A stretch of DNA of 64,000 nt from Candidatus Poribacteria bacterium. Its GTDB lineage: Bacteria > Poribacteria > WGA-4E > WGA-3G. Position 1 is the stretch's first letter; every line of letters begins with the position of its first letter. The stretch is taken from positions 32,001-96,000 of the forward strand of contig CBDBFU010000021.1 in NCBI GenBank assembly GCA_965205025.1, written 5' to 3'. Below, in pieces: positions 10,871 to 18,215 of this stretch. Below the pieces are notes generated by a model. It saw nothing but the letters and a program-made list of their open reading frames with translations. It ran no database searches and had not been told where the DNA came from. Both the position numbers and the translations under genes were made by a program.

Positions 10871-11133
10871 TAGGAAGCTGCTCCTTTCTTTATAAGAAAA
10901 TAGGCATTGTCTTCTCCGCAACAATCCGCGAGAAGTTCATTGCCTATCATATTACACCATGCTGCTATATCCACAGGTGCTCCTGGGTCAGTAGCATGGA
11001 CTTGTACGATTTGTCCTGGTTCCATAGATCTCATTGATTTGAGCAATGCTATGATAAGGTCTCCACACCCAAGATCACCAAAATCAAATTCGGCATCTGG
11101 GTTGATACCAGGAAGAATTATATTATTTAACAT
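10870..11133 (-). CDS. Sulfurtransferase TusA family protein
   Basis: DFGDLGCG...MEPGQIVQVHATDPGAPVDIAAWCNMIGNELL. Confidence 0.88.
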   Translation of the reverse strand: MLNNIILPGINPDAEFDFGDLGCGDLIIALLKSMRSMEPGQIVQVHATDPGAPVDIAAWCNMIGNELLADCCGEDNAYFLIKKGAAS

Positions 11134-11183
11134 AATTCAATCATATCATATCAAAGCCATTTTGTCAACGATTACAAAGATAC

Positions 11184-12357
11184 GGGTGTGCAAAGTTTTT
11201 AGCATTAATTTACGTAATAGAAACGGATCAAATACATGTTCTTAATATAAACTGTATCAAATTCTAATTTCACACTTTTTCCATGAGACTTAAAATAAAA
11301 TGAAGAAAACATAAACATATAACAACTAACACATATATATCACAATAACATAAAATAAATTAAAAATATTTGTCATAATGCAAATAAAATGATACAATAC
11401 TATATCGTTCACTAATTATATACAAAAGCTAACACATTACTTGGAAGATACGAAATATTGTTTATGCCGTGAGAGTGTAACTCTCTTCTAATTATTTTGG
11501 CTAATTATTTACGCTTCTAAACTTTATGCCATATTCAACCAAATCCACTATCTGGAAAATAGGAAAATCTATGTTAGAATTACAACTAAAACATTCAGAA
11601 TTATCGCCTTTTGAGAATCGTTCTCAAAACATATATAGCCAGAATCTAAATAAGCAGATTCAGAGGAATATCAATGCGAATTCAACCGAATATTTTTTTA
11701 GTTTTTCAAATTTTAAAATTTTACTCCGATTAATCAAATCCTTTGTTATCCCAATCCACAACAGGGTTTTCGGCTCATTAAAAAGTAATTTCTTAAAAAG
11801 CAACTCAAAAAACTTGAAAAACTTAAATAACTCAAAAAACTTAAAATTAGACCGACTTCAAACAATACAGACTATCATACACACCAGAAAACTACACTGT
11901 ATCTCATTACTACGAAACGTCCATACAGATATAATTCTCTTCATAGAATTGGTGTTTCCCAATCCGTTAGTTCAAAATATAGAAAATACTAAGATCAAAG
12001 AATCCTCTAAATCTATGATTTATGAAATATGTTCCAATACCTTGTCAAAATCACAGGATAAGATATTTAACATTCAAACGATTCCAAATCAATGTACAAA
12101 AAGAAAAGTAAAAGACACAAAATTCAACCCCCACTTTATAATTTTTACAAATTCTTGTAACCTTAAAAAGTGGCTCTAAACCCAGTGTAGTACTGATGGG
12201 ATAGAGGTTTTACCAATGTTACACCATGTAACGAAAAGTGTAACTTTACTCAACATATTGATAGCATAAATATTACTATTGTGAAAAATGAAAAACTGTA
12301 AACTATAACCTAATAACCCTATGATCGTGATATTCATGCCAAAAACTTTACACACCC
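11184..12357. mobile_element. Putative non-autonomous element bounded by terminal inverted repeats
   Basis: Left end gggtgtgcaaagtttttagcat and right end atgccaaaaactttacacaccc are imperfect inverted repeats; a similar end lies at 5017-5036; no transposase. Confidence 0.55.
11526..12179 (+). CDS. Orphan low-complexity ORF (N/K/S/I-rich), coding status uncertain
   Basis: 217 open codons in very AT-rich DNA, but no recognisable domain; overlaps repeat motifs. Confidence 0.3.
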   Translation: MPYSTKSTIWKIGKSMLELQLKHSELSPFENRSQNIYSQNLNKQIQRNINANSTEYFFSFSNFKILLRLIKSFVIPIHNRVFGSLKSNFLKSNSKNLKNLNNSKNLKLDRLQTIQTIIHTRKLHCISLLRNVHTDIILFIELVFPNPLVQNIENTKIKESSKSMIYEICSNTLSKSQDKIFNIQTIPNQCTKRKVKDTKFNPHFIIFTNSCNLKKWL

Positions 12358-12473
12358 TTTTGAGAATTATAGTTTATTCTTCACTACTATAATTTTGACA
12401 ATTCTATTTCAGAGGGGTAACTAAGAATCTAATGATAAGTCTATTTTTTGGAGTTTTGTATATCAAAAATACC

Positions 12474-12541
12474 GTCCTCCAGCGGGGTACTATGTGTCTA
12501 TTGAAAACAATATCGGAACAGTCTGGCACTCCAGCGGAGTG
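12474..12541. repeat. REP-like hairpin doublet
   Basis: cctccagcgggg and gcactccagcggagtg about 50 bp apart. Confidence 0.7.
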
Positions 12542-12608
12542 ATATGTGCCAATACACTTCGTATGAAAAACATATTAGTACTTTAAAACACACTTAGGTT
12601 ATAGTGTA

Positions 12609-12726
12609 ATTAACGTATGTGATTCACGGAGAATTGGTCTACTTTAAATTATAAACCCTTATAGAATAAGGGTTCGTAAAAATGCTCCGTGAAAGTTTCC
12701 GTGAATGGAATTGTGGATTTCTCAAT
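12609..12726. repeat. ~118-bp dispersed repeat (inverted copy at 53700-53817)
   Basis: Reverse complement aligns with few mismatches; central aaacccttatagaataagggtt palindrome. Confidence 0.85.
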
Positions 12727-12802
12727 GGTATATTAACAAATACAATAGTTTAGACAATTCTTATCCATGTTGAACAAATCAGGAGAATCCTACAAAAATA
12801 TC

Positions 12803-13055
12803 GCACTCAGGCGGAGTGCTAAGTCTATAGAATACATATCAGTACATTCTCGCACTCCAGCGGAGTTCTATGTCTATAGAATACCTATTGAAGTAAATTG
12901 ACTTTTCCGAATGCTAATAATGTAAACCAATCAAATAGAATTGGTATAATTTTGAGTTGTCTGAGTCGCGGATTACGCGGAGGAGAGGGAAATATAAGAG
13001 TCGGGAATCGGAGTTCCCTCCTACAGAAGAGACTAATGAATAAATTGATGTCTAT
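12803..13055. repeat. REP-like doublet plus GTAG-type hairpin and MITE ends
   Basis: gcactcaggcggagtgc, gcactccagcggagttc, gtcgggaatcggagttccctcctac and taaattgatgtcta. Confidence 0.7.
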
Positions 13056-13148
13056 GTTGACAAAACTATACACACTCACGATCTGAAGATGTGGGTTAGG
13101 TGTCATACATAACCAATTTTAATCACTAAATTTATTGAGAATGTAAGC

Positions 13149-14024
13149 TTATCGTTCTAACCATCCCGGTAAAGTAATTGTCTCAGATAATTTCCATGCT
13201 GTATAAAACAGAGATGAAGTCCACCGTACAGCTTCCTTAGATCTGTCTTGCGTAAAGTCGAAGAGTTCTTTACTTGGCGCCTTAAGTTTCTGGTAATCTT
13301 CAACTAATTCATAAACTCTATCAACATGACTAAATCCATCCTGTATTTGTTTAGTTATTGCTGGTAATAGTTCTCCTACCTGTTTAACACTTTGATTTTT
13401 GGCAAGTTCCGAAGGATTTAACTTCATGATTTCAATGGATGAATCTACTTTTTCATGAATACCTCTATGAAGGATTGTCCCATCCTCTTGAACTATCCCG
13501 TCAAAATGGATAGTCAAATGCAAAGGTTGGCACATATCTTGTGCATAATGTGCAAGAAAACCTGCATATAGATAACATTTATACCGAATCATTGTGTTAT
13601 CTGGCCATTTTCTATATTCCGCGAAAGCGATTGCTAACCGTTCAGTCCATTCTGCCACAGCATAAGGTAAAAATCCAACCTTGCTTGGTACAAGATTCAT
13701 CTCAGCACAGAATTTAATAAAGGCATTTCTGTCTGTAGGAATTGGATTATCCTCTATGAGTTCAAGATCAAAGTAATGTTCTCCATATTCAGCTATCCGT
13801 GCATTTGGCATATTACTGTTTTTTGAAATATCAGGATCGTAGGCACTATGTGCAATCATCTTCTCTGCAGTGACAGATCTGAAGAATTCAGGCATTTCAT
13901 CAGGTAAGGTTTTTATAGTAGCTTGCGTGAGTATGTCATGTCCACCACCCCACCAAGCAAAAGCGGGTGTAGTGATAAATAAAAACAGGAGAAAAACAAT
14001 TGTATAGATACGTTTCATATTCAT
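13149..14024 (-). CDS. Secreted S1/P1 nuclease / Zn-dependent phospholipase C family protein
   Basis: Signal peptide AFA|WWGGGH, HYFDLE, HYAQDMCQPLH and IHEKVD Zn-ligand motifs. Confidence 0.8.
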   Translation of the reverse strand: MNMKRIYTIVFLLFLFITTPAFAWWGGGHDILTQATIKTLPDEMPEFFRSVTAEKMIAHSAYDPDISKNSNMPNARIAEYGEHYFDLELIEDNPIPTDRNAFIKFCAEMNLVPSKVGFLPYAVAEWTERLAIAFAEYRKWPDNTMIRYKCYLYAGFLAHYAQDMCQPLHLTIHFDGIVQEDGTILHRGIHEKVDSSIEIMKLNPSELAKNQSVKQVGELLPAITKQIQDGFSHVDRVYELVEDYQKLKAPSKELFDFTQDRSKEAVRWTSSLFYTAWKLSETITLPGWLER

Positions 14025-14041
14025 CCTTTCAAAATGTTAAA

Positions 14042-14998
14042 TTAGTCTAATGTAAGATATTCTCCAGAATCTGTATCCTGCCATTTAAATTGAAGTTCAG
14101 TTGTTTCATGTGGTTTGAATGGAATAGCAACAGAATCAACGGTAGGACCAATTATATCAATATCATTTAGATCTGCAGTCCCATACCCTAATTCAGTTGC
14201 ATAGTGGAATAATCCAATTTCTAAGGGTTCAAAACCCATTGCCTTAGAAGTTACAGCGTCGGCAGCAAATACATCACCACTTGAAACAGCAATACCAAGT
14301 TGAACAGAATCTGAACCGCCTGGGCCATTTCCTTGTAACCCCAATGTACCATCAACTACTGCTATATCAGGTTTAAGGTAACGTGAGAGTCTAAGTAAAT
14401 TTATGTTTAGTGTCTGTGCTTCTCGAGGTAGTTCTCTATCTGCATGACTGAGATAACCGTGCATTTTGATTCGATCATCTTTATGTATAGTTCCCATAAT
14501 CATGTTCTTCATTGCAAGGGTTACAACCCCAGCATCATGCGTCTTGGCAATTGCAACGGAAATGGTACAGGGACAGTCAAGTACGGTTTTTGGCATACGG
14601 ACTGTTTCTTCAGTACGTCCAGCCAGAAACACCTTAGTCTGTTCCCACTCAGTTTCGGTATGTAAATCAATTAATTTAATAGGTATATCATATTCTGCTT
14701 GTAAAGCTTCATAACCAAATACTTGGAATGCTTCCCCAGAAAAAGATTCATTTGCGCCTTCGGCAATGATAGCTTCTTTTGGTGGATTCGGTGTACTTAA
14801 TAGGAAATCCAAGGTTCCACGTATAGCATCTACATGTGATGATGCGAGCTGGTTTGTATTTGATAAGAAATTCGGTTTTAATAAAACTTGTTCTTGTACT
14901 CTCGGTGTAATGTCGTCACGAATATTATCTAATGATTGGTAAACATTAGATCTTCTTCTTCCTGTCTTTGCTAAACCAACCTTCGTAGAGTTACTCAT
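14042..14998 (-). CDS. DUF362 domain protein
   Basis: VLLKPN, KTH...VTLAMKNMIMG, VVDG...QGNGP and DVFAAD motifs. Confidence 0.85.
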   Translation of the reverse strand: MSNSTKVGLAKTGRRRSNVYQSLDNIRDDITPRVQEQVLLKPNFLSNTNQLASSHVDAIRGTLDFLLSTPNPPKEAIIAEGANESFSGEAFQVFGYEALQAEYDIPIKLIDLHTETEWEQTKVFLAGRTEETVRMPKTVLDCPCTISVAIAKTHDAGVVTLAMKNMIMGTIHKDDRIKMHGYLSHADRELPREAQTLNINLLRLSRYLKPDIAVVDGTLGLQGNGPGGSDSVQLGIAVSSGDVFAADAVTSKAMGFEPLEIGLFHYATELGYGTADLNDIDIIGPTVDSVAIPFKPHETTELQFKWQDTDSGEYLTLD

Positions 14999-15047
14999 AC
15001 TTTAAATCTCCTCAGAATTAATAGAGATGTTTTGGGATAGTAAAATT

Positions 15048-15932
15048 TCATTTACTACCTAATATAGGTCTTAAAAATCCGTTATGTTTATCTAATAGAT
15101 TGCTTGCCTCAGTTTGGTTTATTCCTTTTTCAATCATAACTATCGCCGTTTTAGCACTTCCTTCAGCCAATTTTAATGTCTCTTGAGCGACTTGTGAATC
15201 AACACCGGTAATTGACTGAACGATTCGTATACTTCTTTGAATTAATTTTGAATTAGATGCATGAACATCTACCATCAAATTATTATATACTTTCCCAATT
15301 TTCACCATTGAAATCGTAGTAAGCATATTGAGAATGAGTTTTGTTGCTGTACCAGCCTTTAACCTTGTGGAACCGGTGATAATTTCAGGACCAACTATTG
15401 GTGTGATGAAGTGATTAATATATTCTTTCAAGTCATTTGATGGTGGTACACAACTGAGTAGAATCGTTGTGGCATTGAGAGAATTGGCTTCTTTTAATGC
15501 TCCTAATACAAAAGGAGTCCGTCCACTTGCTGCAATACCTATTAAGACATCATTAGAGGAAATACCATGTTCTCTTACTTCATAAGCTCCTTTATCTGGA
15601 TTATCTTCTGCTCCTTCAATTGAATTTCGTAATGCTTTATCTCCTCCAGCGATGATTCCTTGTACCATATCTGGGATTGTACTAAAAGTCGGTGGACATT
15701 CAGATGCATCTAACACTCCAAGTCGACCGCTTGTTCCCGCTCCAATATAAAATAGTCTACCACCGTTATTAAAAGCCTCAACAATCAATTCTATAGCGAA
15801 AGTAATAGCAGCTGATTCAGCTGCCACTGCATCAATAACTACTTTATCCTCATGATTGAATATACTAACAATCTCAGGAATAGTTTTTATGTCAATATCA
15901 ATGGACTTTGAGTTTTGTTGTTCGGTAATCAA
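15048..15932 (-). CDS. murQ: N-acetylmuramic acid 6-phosphate etherase
   Basis: GAGTSGRLGVLDASECPPTF, GPEIITGSTRLKAGTA and NLMVDV. Confidence 0.96.
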   Translation of the reverse strand: MITEQQNSKSIDIDIKTIPEIVSIFNHEDKVVIDAVAAESAAITFAIELIVEAFNNGGRLFYIGAGTSGRLGVLDASECPPTFSTIPDMVQGIIAGGDKALRNSIEGAEDNPDKGAYEVREHGISSNDVLIGIAASGRTPFVLGALKEANSLNATTILLSCVPPSNDLKEYINHFITPIVGPEIITGSTRLKAGTATKLILNMLTTISMVKIGKVYNNLMVDVHASNSKLIQRSIRIVQSITGVDSQVAQETLKLAEGSAKTAIVMIEKGINQTEASNLLDKHNGFLRPILGSK

Positions 15933-15942
15933 AAGATGTAAT

Positions 15943-16869
15943 CTAATTACAGGAAGAATTTCTATAGAAGTATGATTTTGCTAAAAGTATTGCACCATCA
16001 ACTGGATCATTTATTGGAAACATTACAGAAATATTATCTATTTTTTCATATAATTTATATTTCAGGTTATCAGAAAATAGCCTTTGATGAATTAGGTTTC
16101 CACCATTCAGGACAATATTAATTGTATCCTTGAAAGTAGCTTGTCTTATTACTGACTCAATTGCACATACCAGTTCATCAGTCGCAGTTTCAATAATGTC
16201 AATTGCAGTCCTATCCCCGTTTTCCATTCCTTCAAATACAGCATCTGATAGTTGAGCAATTTCATTTCGTTCTGCTGCATGTACCCACCGTATCAATTGT
16301 TTTGGATCTTCGAGATTTAGTTGAGTAAGATATAATTCTGTTAATATGGTTGATGGCTGTCTATAATCAGACGCTTTCGCAACCGCTTGAAGTCCCTTGA
16401 TAGCAATGTCATATCCACTACCCTCATCCCCAATGAGATAGCCCCAACCTCCAGCACGAAATTCATTTCCTTGTGAATCAATTCCGTAGACAATTGATCC
16501 TGTTCCTGAGATGACGATTATCCCTTCTGGTTTACCTATTCCTCCAACCAATGCGATATGTGCATCGTGTGTTAGTATTCTCTGTGTTGTGATTTCAATC
16601 TTATCACAGATTTCATTGATTACTTTCTTGTCATCATCACGACCTAATCCTGCCATCCCAATACAAATGACAATGTCGTCATGGGTGCGATCTATCTGTG
16701 AAGTAAGAGTTTTTATTATATCATTTAATACTTGTTGTGTAGTTTCAACCCCAACGACATGATAGTTAGATGGACCATTATTTATCTTAGCAATTTCTTC
16801 ACCTTCGGTAGTGGTTAATACTCCAACCGTTTTCGTTCCACCCCCATCAATACCTATGATATAGTCCAT
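15943..16869 (-). CDS. BadF/BadG-type N-acetylglucosamine/N-acetylmuramic acid kinase
   Basis: GIDGGGTKT, ISGTGS and GGWGYLIGDEGSG; adjacent to murQ. Confidence 0.88.
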   Translation of the reverse strand: MDYIIGIDGGGTKTVGVLTTTEGEEIAKINNGPSNYHVVGVETTQQVLNDIIKTLTSQIDRTHDDIVICIGMAGLGRDDDKKVINEICDKIEITTQRILTHDAHIALVGGIGKPEGIIVISGTGSIVYGIDSQGNEFRAGGWGYLIGDEGSGYDIAIKGLQAVAKASDYRQPSTILTELYLTQLNLEDPKQLIRWVHAAERNEIAQLSDAVFEGMENGDRTAIDIIETATDELVCAIESVIRQATFKDTINIVLNGGNLIHQRLFSDNLKYKLYEKIDNISVMFPINDPVDGAILLAKSYFYRNSSCN

Positions 16870-17037
16870 TTTAATTTTAGCTTTGTCAGAAGCAGTAGTA
16901 ATGAAACTACAATGAATATATGTTCTCTACTTATGAGAAATGTGTTTTAGGTTGACATATCTTAGTGAATAAGTTACAGTAATTTATCATAAAATATACG
17001 ATAAAATCAATCATTTAATCGGATTGGGAGTTAAAAA

Positions 17038-18000
17038 ATGCCTCGTAAATTCTACATCTTTGTATTAATATTCATATCTGTGGTGTATTTAGGTTGTTCG
17101 AATGATTCATCATCAATTGTATGGAAACAGATTGATAGTGGAACAGAAGAACATCTATTCAGTGTCTATTTTTTAGATAAGAAGAATGGATGGGTATCTG
17201 GGGATGACGGTTTAGTCTTATCCTCATCAGATAGAGGTAATACATGGAATCAAAGTGAAACTAAGAGTGGGTTAACAGATACATTAACACGCGTGATGTT
17301 TTTAACTCCAAATAATGGATGGCTTGTAAGTAGGGGAAAGATACATTATACCAGTAGTGGTGGTAGCACATGGGGACTACAACATCAGATTCGTTCTGGT
17401 TCAGCTCAACCACCCGGTATATTAGATTTACACTTTGTAAATTCTGCTGAAGGTTGGGCAGTTGGGGGAACCGATGGTAAAGGAGTTTCAACTATCCTAC
17501 ATACGCATAATGGCGGAACAAGATGGGAGAAAGTAGCAAATCCTTCTGACAAGCATTTATGGGGAGTTTATTTTGTAGATTCAAGTTATGGATGGGTTGT
17601 AGGGGAGATGGGTGAGATATTACATACAAAAGATGGTGGAAAACAGTGGATTCGTCAGATAAGTGGTGCTGAACAACCTTTATTTAAAGTCCATTTTACA
17701 GATTTATTAAATGGTTGGATAGTTGGCACAAATGGATTAATTATACATACTTCTGATGGTGGCAGTAAGTGGAATCATCAACAGTCTAATATTAAGCAAA
17801 GTTTACGTGATGTTTTATTTCAGAATGAACAGGTTGGATGGGCAATTGGTGAAGAAGGTCTGATATTACACACGATGAATGGTGGGGAAACCTGGAATCC
17901 ATATCCATCCCCAACCACCAAAAACCTTCAAGACATATTTTTTTACAATAATACTGGGTGGATAGTAGGTGAAAAGGGAACGATTCTCATGGGTAAATAG
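17038..18000 (+). CDS. YCF48-related beta-propeller lipoprotein
   Basis: Lipobox YLGC; repeated F...GW.VG..G.ILHT.DGG..W units. Confidence 0.9.
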   Translation: MPRKFYIFVLIFISVVYLGCSNDSSSIVWKQIDSGTEEHLFSVYFLDKKNGWVSGDDGLVLSSSDRGNTWNQSETKSGLTDTLTRVMFLTPNNGWLVSRGKIHYTSSGGSTWGLQHQIRSGSAQPPGILDLHFVNSAEGWAVGGTDGKGVSTILHTHNGGTRWEKVANPSDKHLWGVYFVDSSYGWVVGEMGEILHTKDGGKQWIRQISGAEQPLFKVHFTDLLNGWIVGTNGLIIHTSDGGSKWNHQQSNIKQSLRDVLFQNEQVGWAIGEEGLILHTMNGGETWNPYPSPTTKNLQDIFFYNNTGWIVGEKGTILMGK

Positions 18001-18025
18001 CGTGAAGACAAACATAAGTCTGTTA

Positions 18026-18137
18026 TACCATTTCTATAAATGTCTATCCTATGAAGAGTTATTATGCATGTGATAAAATACTGCACAAACTGGAAGTTTA
18101 TGTTACATTAAAGAGACTATAATTATCAGAAATGGTA
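18026..18137. mobile_element. MITE with TACCATTTCT terminal inverted repeats, TA-flanked
   Basis: ta|taccatttct...agaaatggta|ta; its interior cacaaactggaagtttrtg also occurs near 856 and 6336. Confidence 0.65.
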
Positions 18138-18215
18138 TAAAATCGGGATCGGAACCCCCTTCTACAAAGAGGTTAATGCTTAAATTGACACCTATGGTTT
18201 CTATACTCGTCTCCC

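Noticed and set aside
9499-11133. Selenocysteine recoding in the TusA/DsrE/OsmC genes
   Set aside because: Active-site positions are ordinary Cys codons; no in-frame TGA splits these domains
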